The notes: generated from the letters alone by a model not told the origin. A stretch of DNA of 64,000 nucleotides from Bacteroidales bacterium (GCA_030539115.1 JAUNSR010000003.1:94636-158635); one strand, 5' to 3'. Shown: positions 39,001 through 48,688, numbered from the stretch's first letter. Numbers and translations are program-made.

Positions 39001-39774
39001 TTAGCTTACTGTAGTAAAAATGCCTTCAGCATTTATTCTGTCTGCAATTTTTTGCAGCTCAGGCTTTTCAACTTTTATTAGCTTATCTTCAGGCGTAGGT
39101 CTGTCAAGAGAATAAATCATGACTTGCTTTGGGGCAATTAGCTTATACAACTTTATTAATGCATTTATTTGCTCATCGGTGGAGTTATCAACAACTTTTC
39201 CATTATGCTCACCTCTTAAAATCATTGTCTGAACAATAACTTCTCCCTTAAACTGAGCCATTCTATCAACTATCCTATCAATGTTGTAATCAGGCTGATT
39301 GGGGTCATCGATAAGCTTAATTGTATCAATAAAAGCGGAATCAATTTTTAGAATATTGTTGTCAACTTTTTTTAATGCATTGAATACAGAGTCCTTTAAG
39401 ATTTGAGTCGAGTTTGAAAGAACGCTGATTTTAGCATTAGGAAAATATTTATCTCTAAGAATAATCGTATCATCAATTACTTGTGGAAAATGAGGGTTTA
39501 GTGTAGGCTCACCATTTCCGGCAAAGGTAAAAACATTTGGTTCGATACCCTGCTGCTTTAATAAAACCAATTTTGCTTCAAGAGCTTTATAAACATCCTC
39601 TCTTGATGGAAATTTACCACCTTTTCGTTCTTCATTGTAACCGCACTCACAATAAATGCAATTAAAAGAACAAATCTTACCCTCTGCAGGCAGAAGATTT
39701 ATACCCAATGATATACCTAAACGACGGCTATGAATAGGACCAAATATTATAGACTCATATAGTGCTGTTTCCAT
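39001..39774 (-). CDS. Radical SAM protein
   Basis: CSFNCIYCECG contains the CxxxCxxC cluster motif near the N-terminus. Confidence 0.8.
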   Translation of the reverse strand: METALYESIIFGPIHSRRLGISLGINLLPAEGKICSFNCIYCECGYNEERKGGKFPSREDVYKALEAKLVLLKQQGIEPNVFTFAGNGEPTLNPHFPQVIDDTIILRDKYFPNAKISVLSNSTQILKDSVFNALKKVDNNILKIDSAFIDTIKLIDDPNQPDYNIDRIVDRMAQFKGEVIVQTMILRGEHNGKVVDNSTDEQINALIKLYKLIAPKQVMIYSLDRPTPEDKLIKVEKPELQKIADRINAEGIFTTVS

Positions 39775-39868
39775 TGCTTAACAATTATATTTGGCAACAA
39801 ACTTATTAAAGATATTCAATTGTTGTATTAAAAAATAATTTTTGTTTTACTCTACAATGGGTTAAATA

Positions 39869-41905
39869 TTAGAAATTATATCTTAATTGACACCAAATAT
39901 CCGATTTGTTTCTTCCATTTATTAAGTCAAGAGAGGAACCTATAGAATTTCTGTCAAAATAATGAGTAAGTACAGTCTTTAACCAAAAAGTCATATTTTT
40001 AAATAAATCATACTTTACAACCAAATAACCTCTATAACCTCTGCCATAAACACTTGGATAGCTGAAAGAATAGAGTAAGTTTTTTTCATACAGATACAAA
40101 GTTGAGCTCGAATTGTCGGTATTAAAGATTGAATATCCAATGTCAAGAGTAAGCCTTATATTATCAAAAGATGACCCCAACTGCTGCATGAAGCCATAGC
40201 CATTTGATTTTTTCTTTAAGTGATGGTTATACATTATTCCATATACTCCATTTTTAAATATTAAATATCGGTTTATGTTCCAGGTTAAAACAGCATTAAG
40301 AGAGTGTCTGAAATAATTTGTAACAGGAATGTCTATATCTTTGTCGGAGGTATTTTTTTCTTTCTTTTTAAGTCTATATCTCAATGAAACTCTAATGCTT
40401 GAATATGGTTGATAATTGGTGTGAAGAAAATATTCAAAACCTTTTGATGGCTTATCTATCCCATATTTAAGCCACGGAAAACTAAAAAAATCAATACCTG
40501 TTTTTAATTCTAAAAAAGATATAGGTTTTATCGAGGCAAGAAAATAAACTCCCTTTTCATTCATTATGTCGCTGCTTTCAGAAAAACTTTTTGAAAACAT
40601 TGAATAATATTCTTTTGAATAATTTCTGAATAGAATTAAGCCTGAAAAATAAGATGATGGAAAATATTGAAGTGAATTGAGTGTTGCAAATTTTCCATTA
40701 TGAGACAATGCTGTCTCTCCATTAAATAAAAGATGCTTATATCTGAAAAGATAGTTTGTTGATATATTTATAATATTATCATCTCTAAAATAATATTTGT
40801 TGTATTCTCTATATGTAGGATTTAATGGTTTATTAAAATGATGATTTACCAAAGAAAAGCCTAAACTGAAAGTATTATAACTATATTCAATATGTGCACC
40901 TGTGCTTAATAATGAAGCTTTGTTTCTTTTATTCTCCTCTCTAAATAAATTATGTAAGCCATCCTCCTTAATAGAAACAATATTGCTGTCATTTACTATT
41001 CCATCCAATCTGCGATAAGAAACAAATGTTGTTAACAAGTATTTTGAAAACATTAATTCTGATGCAATTCCCTGCAAATAATTATATTCATCGGTAGAGG
41101 AATGGGGTGTAAGTGATTGATTGTTAATATTAAGATTTGATACAGCCATTGTTTTGTCAAGCTGAAAACCATTGTTGATAACAATACCTTGACCAAACTT
41201 TATTCTATAGTTGCCAATGATAATGTTTTTTAAAAAACCAATATTCTTAAGGTTTATATATGCCGATACATAATCAAAACCTCCTCCTTTTTTATTAAAA
41301 AGTTTTTCACCTGCGTCTTTTTCCAAATTAAGTCCAATCCTGTATTTATTCTTTGCCTCAATCTTATATTTTAAAGAAGCATAATTTGGATCAGCCAAAT
41401 ACTTTTTGTTGGGGCTGACATTAAAAAGAGAATCACTCTTATCAACATACCCCATTTTATCGTTAAGCACTCTGTTGTAACGAATTAACAGTTCGCTATA
41501 AGGGGTTATCAATAGTTTGTGAACATTTGATTCCGAGGAATCAACATAAAAGAAAGGAGAAACAACATCTATTGTTCTTTTATCAAAATCTTCAACCAAC
41601 CGAAGTTCGTTCAACGACTTTAAATCGCCGTAAACATAAATGTAATATAAAAGATTCTCAATTTGCCTTGCACTGAGAAATGGAATAGTTTCCAATTCCT
41701 CTTTTGTAATAGTGTTAATGTTAAATGGATGCTCAATATATTCTGAAAGATATTCGATAATATTGTTTATATCCTGTTGATTTTGATTCTCGTCTAAAGT
41801 TTCATATAAAGCTTCAATCCATATATCATGTTTATTATCAATATTTTGAGAATTAACATTAATATATAAACACATTGTTAATAAAGTTATTTCTAATCTG
41901 TTCAT
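39869..41905 (-). CDS. Helix-hairpin-helix domain protein fused to a predicted outer-membrane beta-barrel
   Basis: Signal peptide. ComEA-like HhH repeats (INTITKEELETIPFLSARQIENLL, LNELRLVEDFDKRTIDVVSPFF). The rest is long and Tyr/Asn/Phe-rich and ends in RYNF, a typical OMP C-terminal aromatic. Confidence 0.6.
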   Translation of the reverse strand: MNRLEITLLTMCLYINVNSQNIDNKHDIWIEALYETLDENQNQQDINNIIEYLSEYIEHPFNINTITKEELETIPFLSARQIENLLYYIYVYGDLKSLNELRLVEDFDKRTIDVVSPFFYVDSSESNVHKLLITPYSELLIRYNRVLNDKMGYVDKSDSLFNVSPNKKYLADPNYASLKYKIEAKNKYRIGLNLEKDAGEKLFNKKGGGFDYVSAYINLKNIGFLKNIIIGNYRIKFGQGIVINNGFQLDKTMAVSNLNINNQSLTPHSSTDEYNYLQGIASELMFSKYLLTTFVSYRRLDGIVNDSNIVSIKEDGLHNLFREENKRNKASLLSTGAHIEYSYNTFSLGFSLVNHHFNKPLNPTYREYNKYYFRDDNIINISTNYLFRYKHLLFNGETALSHNGKFATLNSLQYFPSSYFSGLILFRNYSKEYYSMFSKSFSESSDIMNEKGVYFLASIKPISFLELKTGIDFFSFPWLKYGIDKPSKGFEYFLHTNYQPYSSIRVSLRYRLKKKEKNTSDKDIDIPVTNYFRHSLNAVLTWNINRYLIFKNGVYGIMYNHHLKKKSNGYGFMQQLGSSFDNIRLTLDIGYSIFNTDNSSSTLYLYEKNLLYSFSYPSVYGRGYRGYLVVKYDLFKNMTFWLKTVLTHYFDRNSIGSSLDLINGRNKSDIWCQLRYNF

Positions 41906-42611
41906 TTTTATTGAGTATTAGAAAATAGGTATTTTAGATAATAGAGTTAAAGTCTGAAAACAAAAGAAAATTACGTGTAGAGATTTGTAAAGGTAAATTG
42001 TTAAATATTTTAAATACAAATATCAATTATTACATGGTAAATTATAAGATAAGAAAAAGATATTATGATCAACAATAAACATTTTAAAATAGATTGTTGA
42101 AAAGTTATTAACAACATGCTGCCGAAATTTATTATACATTAAAAATATTATTTTAATATATTAATATATAGATATATAAATAATAAAATTTGTAATTGTA
42201 AATCGACATAGTTTATTAAGTAATATGATATTTCCAACAATTGTTTAACAAGAAATAAACAAGAAAAGAATCAGGTATTATATTATAAAATATCAAATCA
42301 TATATAAACAAGAAAAGTAATAGTCCTTTATTTCGTTAACATTTATACATCTTTATTGTTCATCAAATAACAAAATATATTAAAATGAAATATTTAATAA
42401 ATCAATGGCATTAATCTTTTGTAGATTTATAATTAGTTTAATCATACTAATAAGTGTGTATTGAATAAACAAGAAACCTAAAATAAGTACATTTGCAGCT
42501 AAATTAAAACGCTATAACTAACATTAAGATAAGATATTCAACAATGATATTTAATTGTCGAATTGCATCCGGTGATAAAAATCTGTTCACGTAAATTAAA
42601 TAGAAATATCA

Positions 42612-42752
42612 AAAAATGGCAATTGGTATCTTGACGGTTTAAAAAGAATATTTACGGATGTAACCGCCATAACTCACCTAAAGATGAGATACCAGACAAA
42701 AGGTGTATAAATGGCGCATTTATACCTTGATGTTAAAATAAAATATTTACAA
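42612..42752 (+). repeat. Copy B of the dispersed element (degenerate partial unit plus one full unit), ending at the ATG of the next gene
   Basis: aaccgccataactcacctaaagatgagataccagacaaaaggtgtataaatggcgcatttataccttgatgttaaaa aligns with the 24.5-kb units. Confidence 0.85.
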
Positions 42753-43355
42753 ATGAAAAAAAAGCATTATATATTATTACTGTCACTTTTTATTATCTCA
42801 ATAAAAAGTTACGGACAAATGGAGGTCAACAGAAGATATCCTAAGCCATATTATAATGCTGTAATAGAAAACGGAGATACTATTCCATATATTCAGATAA
42901 GAACCATCTATTGTTTTCCAAAAAAAGTTTTTAAATCAAGAAATGAAGAGAAACTCTATTGGCGTGATGTTATGGATGTAAAAAAGACGCTTCCACTTGC
43001 AAAGCTGATACATGGGATAATGATGGAAACTTATGAATATATAGAGACACTTCCCACACAGAAAGAAAAGGATAAACATCTGAAAAAGATGCAGAACGAA
43101 CTTTTTGAAGAGTATAAGCCTGTGCTTAAGAAGCTGAATTTCAGACAGGGAAAATTACTTGTAAAGCTTATAGACAGGGAATGTAAATCATCATCTTATG
43201 AGCTTATACAGGCATATTTGGGTAGTTTTGCCGCCGGTTTTTGGCAAGGTTTCGGAAAGGTTTTCGGTGTTAGTTTAAAACAGCATTGGGATCCACAAGG
43301 CAAGGACAAGGATATGGAAAAAATTTGTTTTATGGTTGAATACGGTATGATATAA
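42753..43355 (+). CDS. Secreted hypothetical protein (about 200 aa; resembles the Bacteroidetes DUF4294 family from memory)
   Basis: MKKKHYILLLSLFIISIKSYGQ is a signal peptide. The ATG at 42753 is preferred because 42711 lies inside the repeat element. Confidence 0.7.
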   Translation: MKKKHYILLLSLFIISIKSYGQMEVNRRYPKPYYNAVIENGDTIPYIQIRTIYCFPKKVFKSRNEEKLYWRDVMDVKKTLPLAKLIHGIMMETYEYIETLPTQKEKDKHLKKMQNELFEEYKPVLKKLNFRQGKLLVKLIDRECKSSSYELIQAYLGSFAAGFWQGFGKVFGVSLKQHWDPQGKDKDMEKICFMVEYGMI

Positions 43356-43382
43356 AAAATAAAATATATCATACCATATTTT

Positions 43383-43934
43383 TTATAGCTTTAGTTTCTT
43401 GAAGAAATCCCAGATAACAAGACCGGCAGTTACAGATACATTTAAAGAATGTTTTGTTCCAAACTGTGGTATTTCAATACAGCCGTCAGATATATCAACA
43501 ACAGATTGCTGAACGCCTTTTACCTCATTTCCCATAATGACGGCATATTTAAAATTCTTGTCCAACTGTATTTTATCAAGCTTTATACTGTTTTCAACCT
43601 GTTCAATAGAATAAACAATATATCCCATTTGTTTTAACTTATCAACAGCGTTGTGAGTATCTTCAAAATATTTCCAATCAACAACATCTTCAGCTCCAAG
43701 TGCAGTCTTATGAATTTCAGGGCTTGGAGGAGGAGAGCTTATACCGCAGAGGTATATCGATTCAACAAGAAAGGCATCTGAAGTTCTGAACATGGCTCCT
43801 ATATTGTTTAGACTTCTAACATTATCTAAAACAAGTATAAGAGGCATTTTATCGGTTGTTTTAAACTCATCCTTGCTGATTCTGTTCATATCGGCAATAG
43901 ATAATTTTTTATGTGTTAACTCCTTATTTTCCAT
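43383..43934 (-). CDS. TrmH/SpoU-family RNA 2'-O-methyltransferase
   Basis: LDNVRSLNNIGAMFRTSDAF, IMGNEVKGV and SLNVSVTAGLVIW, which are SPOUT motifs 1-3. Confidence 0.85.
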   Translation of the reverse strand: MENKELTHKKLSIADMNRISKDEFKTTDKMPLILVLDNVRSLNNIGAMFRTSDAFLVESIYLCGISSPPPSPEIHKTALGAEDVVDWKYFEDTHNAVDKLKQMGYIVYSIEQVENSIKLDKIQLDKNFKYAVIMGNEVKGVQQSVVDISDGCIEIPQFGTKHSLNVSVTAGLVIWDFFKKLKL

Positions 43935-44457
43935 AATGCAAATATAAAGCTAACAATTTAATAAGACAATTGATTTTTTTATTCTTAAACCAAACATTGA
44001 GTTTTATCAACATTATAGACAATAATTATTGATAACTATTGGAAAAGGTATTGAAAACCCATTAAAAACCAAGTGATAAATAATTTATTAAAAACAATAA
44101 CTTTTCTTTGAAATAAGAAATATACAGTTATAAGTGATTGGTTTTAAATATCAAAATTATTTATTCACAACTTATAATTGATTATATAAACCATATTTAA
44201 GAGAGTTATCAATAATCAATACGAGAGAAAGTTATTAACTTTGCAAATAATCAACATAAAAAGTATAATAGATAGTAACTAAGTGATTGATAGCATATAA
44301 TAATGTTGATATATTAATGAAAATATGTAGATAACGTTTTATTTTATATTAATAACTTTATATGCAACAAAAAATAAAAAAAGTTATACCTGTTATCAAC
44401 ACCATATTATTATTACCATAAGAAATTTTTAATTTTAAAATAAAAAGAATATATATA

Positions 44458-45447
44458 ATGATAAATATAGACTTATCAAAAGGTTTTGTTGATATCTCGG
44501 TTTCGAAGAATGTAAATCTGAAGGAAGAGATAGTTAAATTAAAAAAAGAAAAGAATGCAGTTATCCTTGCTCATTACTACACCGAGGGTGAGATACAAGA
44601 TATAGCTGATTTTGTGGGTGACTCATTGGCTCTTGCTCAATGGGCAAAAAAGACTTCTGCTGATATAATTGTTATGTGCGGCGTACATTTTATGGGAGAG
44701 ACAGCTAAGATACTTTGCCCGGACAGGAAAGTTTTGGTTCCTGATATGAATGCAGGCTGTTCTTTGGCTGATAGTTGTCCTGCTGATAAATTTGGTGACT
44801 TTGTAGCTCAGCATCCAGGATATACTGTTATTTCTTATGTTAATACAACTGCTGCAGTTAAGTATTATACTGATATTGTTGTTACTTCTTCTAATGCGCG
44901 TCAAATAGTAGAATCTCTTGACAAGGATGAAAAGATTATTTTTGGACCTGATCGTAATCTGGGAAATTATATAAATTCTATAACAGGGAGAGATATGCTT
45001 CTTTGGGATGGTGCATGTGATGTGCATGAGAAATTTTCTTTGGAAAAAATTCTTGAATTAAAAAAACAATACTCTTCAGCTAAAGTTCTTGCACATCCTG
45101 AATGTAAAAAAGTTATTCTTACTGTGGCTGACCATATAGGTTCTACAGCCTCTCTTTTAAACTTTGCTGTAAATAGTGATTCAGATACATTTATTGTAGC
45201 AACAGAATCCGGAATATTACATGAAATGCAGAAAAAATGTCCTAATAAAACATTTATTCCTGCTCCTCCAATGGATTCTACCTGTGCTTGCAATGAGTGT
45301 GCCTTTATGAGACTAAACACTCTTGAAAAACTTTACAATACTTTGAAGTATGAACTTCCGGAAATAACTGTTGATTCAAAAATCAGCGAAAGGGCAAAAC
45401 TTCCTATCGATAGAATGCTCGATATTTCGGCAAAACTTGGTTTATAA
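44458..45447 (+). CDS. nadA: Quinolinate synthase
   Basis: AVILAHYYTEGEIQDIADFVGDSL, VMCGVHFMGETAKIL, and conserved Cys residues for the 4Fe-4S cluster. Confidence 0.95.
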   Translation: MINIDLSKGFVDISVSKNVNLKEEIVKLKKEKNAVILAHYYTEGEIQDIADFVGDSLALAQWAKKTSADIIVMCGVHFMGETAKILCPDRKVLVPDMNAGCSLADSCPADKFGDFVAQHPGYTVISYVNTTAAVKYYTDIVVTSSNARQIVESLDKDEKIIFGPDRNLGNYINSITGRDMLLWDGACDVHEKFSLEKILELKKQYSSAKVLAHPECKKVILTVADHIGSTASLLNFAVNSDSDTFIVATESGILHEMQKKCPNKTFIPAPPMDSTCACNECAFMRLNTLEKLYNTLKYELPEITVDSKISERAKLPIDRMLDISAKLGL

Positions 45448-45455
45448 TTATAGCA

Positions 45456-45472
45456 ATATATATATATATATA
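45456..45472. repeat. (AT)n microsatellite, about 8.5 units
   Basis: atatatatatatatata read directly, just after the nadA stop. Confidence 0.9.
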
Positions 45473-45486
45473 ACAAATTATTAATA

Positions 45487-45535
45487 ATACCCCCCTAAAG
45501 AATTTTTAATTATTTCTTAGGGGGGTATTTGTTTA
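45487..45535 (+). terminator. Rho-independent terminator of nadA
   Basis: ATACCCCCCTAA / TTAGGGGGGTAT forms a 12-bp stem, followed by TTGTTTAT. Confidence 0.75.
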
Positions 45536-45629
45536 TAAATTGTTATTTTAAATATTATTTTTATATATAATATATTGATTATATGTATAATATGTTGTTA
45601 TCAACAATTGTTTATGAACAGTTGATAAA

Positions 45630-46589
45630 TCAATTTTTAAGATAAGGTTTTCCTTTTTTCCAACCCACCTCTTGATTGGTTATAAACCATGTTTTTCCAT
45701 TATCGTTATTTCCTTGATAAAACAAATAGGTTTTCCCATTTTTGTCTTTAAAAATTTGAGGATGGCCGGATTCAGAACTGTTCCAAGATCCTTTTTCTCC
45801 ATTTTTTAAAAAAGGAGTATCAAAAACTCTTTTCCAATGTATTCCATCTTTACTTTGTGCCACACCAATTTGTTGGGGAGCATTGTTATAATTTCCGGCA
45901 TAAAACATATAAAGGGTGTTTCCTTTTTGAATAACAGAGGCTGCCTCTATGCATTTTCCCTCCCAATCAAACTCCGGTTCAAGAATTGCACTATCACCAA
46001 CTTGTTTCCAATCATTACGATTAAAGTTTGAATTTTTAGGAGCAACAGCAACTCCTTGTTTTTGAATTATGAAGTCTTTGTCTCTTGTTGCAAAATATAG
46101 AAAATAATTGTTTTTGAATTTTATTACCTCGGCATCAATAGCTCTTCCACATGTCCAATCTCCGGAAGGATTAAAGATTGGATTTGTTTCATTTCTCTTA
46201 AAATTGATTCCATCGACAGATGTAGCATGGCAGATGGCATCTGTTTTTCCATTTCCGTAAGTTTGATAGAAAATATTTATTGTATCATTTTCAACAAGAA
46301 GTCCGGGAGCACAAAGCCCTTTTTTTTCATATTCTTTTTCCGGAAGAATTTCTCCAACCTTGTTCCAGTTGATTAGGTCATTGCTCTTAGCAATTCCAAT
46401 AGCCCACCCTGTTTCATCAATAGGAGGTATGGAATAATAAATAAAATAACACCCCTTAAAATTGATGACATAAGGGTCTTTAGAAAATGGTCTTCCTATT
46501 CTTGTGGAATCTCCGTACATCATTACACTTTGTGCGCTTATGAATGAGAAGAAACCTAAAAAGATGGATAATAAAAAAATGTTTTTCAT
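45630..46589 (-). CDS. Secreted five-bladed beta-propeller glycoside hydrolase (GH43/GH130-like; family not resolved)
   Basis: Signal peptide, and repeated blade pattern (..YFIYYS.., ..INIFYQTY.., ..YFLYFATRD.., ..LYMFYAGN.., ..TYLFYQGN..). Confidence 0.6.
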   Translation of the reverse strand: MKNIFLLSIFLGFFSFISAQSVMMYGDSTRIGRPFSKDPYVINFKGCYFIYYSIPPIDETGWAIGIAKSNDLINWNKVGEILPEKEYEKKGLCAPGLLVENDTINIFYQTYGNGKTDAICHATSVDGINFKRNETNPIFNPSGDWTCGRAIDAEVIKFKNNYFLYFATRDKDFIIQKQGVAVAPKNSNFNRNDWKQVGDSAILEPEFDWEGKCIEAASVIQKGNTLYMFYAGNYNNAPQQIGVAQSKDGIHWKRVFDTPFLKNGEKGSWNSSESGHPQIFKDKNGKTYLFYQGNNDNGKTWFITNQEVGWKKGKPYLKN

Positions 46590-46735
46590 TTGTATATAAT
46601 TTAATTTTTAACATCAAGGTACAAATGCGCCATTAATATTCTTTGTTGGGTATATCATTATTGTGAGTTATGGCGATTTCATTTATGTATATTTTTATAT
46701 TTAACATCAAGGTATAAATGCGCTGCGTTAATATT
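46590..46735 (-). repeat. Copy C of the dispersed element (one full unit plus a distal partial box) directly upstream of the GH gene start
   Basis: The reverse complement reads ataaATGAAAtcgccataactcacaataatgatatacccaacaaagaatattaatggcgcatttgtaccttgatgttaaaaattaaattatatacaaATG. Confidence 0.85.
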
Positions 46736-46863
46736 ATAAAGATATAAAAAACATTTACTAATCTATTTTTAACTCTTTTGTGATTTGATAAAATATTAAG
46801 AGTTTTTTAATAATTACTTTTGCAATCATAACTTTTTTAGTGCTTTACAATTATAAATTTTAG

Positions 46864-48267
46864 ATGAATAAGGATATATTATCTTCAGGTCCTCTTGTAA
46901 ATAAACCAATAGGTAAATTATTATTTCAATATGCTCTACCTTCAATAATAGCAATGTCTGCAAGTTCCATATACAATATAGCAGATTCAATTTTTATAGG
47001 ACATGGAGTTGGAGCAATGGCAATAGCCGGATTGGCAATATCATTTCCTTTAATGAATATTTCAGCTGCATTTGGTGCTTTGTTGGGAATAGGGGCGTCA
47101 GCTCTTACATCAGTTAGATTAGGTGAAAGAAATCAAAAACAAGCAATGCTGATTTTAGGTAATATGATAAAACTTGATGTTATAATAGGTTTGCTTGTTA
47201 CAATAATTGGTCTGCTATTTTTAAAACCTATCTTAATATTTTTTGGAGCAAGCGAAAATACTCTGCCTTATGCCTACGAATATATGAGCATTATACTTTT
47301 AGGTAATGTAATAACTCATTCTTTTATGGGTCTAAATGATATGCTTCGTTCCTCTGGTCATCCTAAAAAGGCAATGAGTGCAATGCTTTTAGCTGTTGTT
47401 GTAAATTGTATTCTTGATGCTCTCTTTATTTTCGTATTTAAATGGGGTATAATAGGAGCTGCAATTGCAACTGTCTGTGCACAAGCTATTGCTTTGGGCT
47501 TTGAATTGAATCATTTTTTTAATAAGTCCAATTACCTTCATTTTGATTCAAATTATTTCAAGTTTGATAAAAATATAATAAAAGAGATTATAGCAATTGG
47601 AATGTCACCTTTTTGCATGAATGTCTGTTCCTGTATGATCATCATTCTTATAAATACAGGGTTAATGAGGTATGGTGGCGATATATATATTGGAGCTTAT
47701 GGCATAATAAACAGAATAGGATTTCTTATTCAAATGAGTGTAGCAGGATTTAATCAAGGAATGCAGCCAATAGCAGGTTTTAATCTCGGTGCAAAAAAAT
47801 ATGAAAGAGTTACAAAGGTCTTAAAATATACTATTTTTTGTGGTACTGTTGTTACAACCCTCGGTTTTATATTGGGTGTGTTCTTCCCGAAGCATATTGC
47901 TTTAATGTTTACTCATGATAAGGAACTTATAGATATTACCGCCAAAGGAATGAGAATTGTTGTTAGTATGTTTCCTTTGATCGGTTTCCAAATGGTAACA
48001 ACAAGTTTTTTTCAGGCTGTAAGGCAAGCAAAAAAAGCTGTGTTTCTTTCAACTACAAGACAAATGTTGATACTTATTCCCCTTCTTGTTTTTCTTCCGA
48101 AGTTTATGGGTACAGATGGAGTTTGGATAAGCATGCCTATTGCCGATTTTTTAGCTTCATTATTGGCAGCAATACTTCTTTATAAATTATTTAAGAATTT
48201 TGGAGAAAAAAATAAAAGTCAGGAGTCTGTGAATTTTAATACTAATAAAGAATTTAATGTGTCTTAA
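46864..48267 (+). CDS. MATE-family efflux transporter
   Basis: 12-TM profile, and N-terminal LLFQYALPSIIAMSASSIYNIADSIFIGHGVG, typical of MatE. Confidence 0.9.
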   Translation: MNKDILSSGPLVNKPIGKLLFQYALPSIIAMSASSIYNIADSIFIGHGVGAMAIAGLAISFPLMNISAAFGALLGIGASALTSVRLGERNQKQAMLILGNMIKLDVIIGLLVTIIGLLFLKPILIFFGASENTLPYAYEYMSIILLGNVITHSFMGLNDMLRSSGHPKKAMSAMLLAVVVNCILDALFIFVFKWGIIGAAIATVCAQAIALGFELNHFFNKSNYLHFDSNYFKFDKNIIKEIIAIGMSPFCMNVCSCMIIILINTGLMRYGGDIYIGAYGIINRIGFLIQMSVAGFNQGMQPIAGFNLGAKKYERVTKVLKYTIFCGTVVTTLGFILGVFFPKHIALMFTHDKELIDITAKGMRIVVSMFPLIGFQMVTTSFFQAVRQAKKAVFLSTTRQMLILIPLLVFLPKFMGTDGVWISMPIADFLASLLAAILLYKLFKNFGEKNKSQESVNFNTNKEFNVS

Positions 48268-48277
48268 AAAGAAAAAA

Positions 48278-48313
48278 GCCAAATATCAAATGAATAGATA
48301 TTTGGCTTTTTTT
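48278..48313 (+). terminator. Rho-independent terminator of the MATE gene
   Basis: GCCAAATATC / GATATTTGGC stem with a 9-nt loop, followed by TTTTTTT. Confidence 0.8.
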
Positions 48314-48317
48314 ATTG

Positions 48318-48388
48318 TTGTCTTACAAGGATTCGAACCTTGACAAACAGAACCAGAATCTGTTGTGCTACCATTACACCATAAGACA
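48318..48388 (-). tRNA. tRNA-Gln (anticodon CTG)
   Basis: Manual fold of TGTCTTATGGTGTAATGGTAGCACAACAGATTCTGGTTCTGTTTGTCAAGGTTCGAATCCTTGTAAGACAA. It has a U1-A72 acceptor stem, anticodon loop TTCTGGT and T-loop GGTTCGAATCC. CCA is not encoded. Confidence 0.85.
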
Positions 48389-48680
48389 AAATGATGTGAT
48401 TTGCTCTTCACACTGCAAATATACTATCCATTTTTTATTTTACAATACTTAGAAAGCAAAAAAATTAAATAACAAGTTACGATATTATTCATCAGAGTAA
48501 TAATATTGCATTTACATACAATAAAAATATTAATAGGTCATTATATATCATTCATTAATCATTATATCATACAGTATGTATGAAAAAAAATAACAAATAT
48601 AATATATTATAAAAAGCACATATTAATTTTGTAATATTAAGAATAAATACATATAATTATAAAAATTATCATAAATGATG

Positions 48681-48688
48681 TATATTTG
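48681..48688 (+). promoter_or_regulatory. Candidate -7 box TATATTTG upstream of the SusC-like gene
   Basis: Matches TAnnTTTG, 40 nt before the ATG at 48728. No clear -33 TTTG. Confidence 0.3.

Noticed and set aside
42711-42752. Upstream ATG at 42711 given by the ORF track for the secreted protein. The same issue arises at 31006 for the lipoprotein and at the GTG at 29428 for GH16.
   Set aside because: The extensions run through the repeat element or non-coding leader. They would bury clear signal peptides that begin at 42753, 31063 and 29491 respectively.
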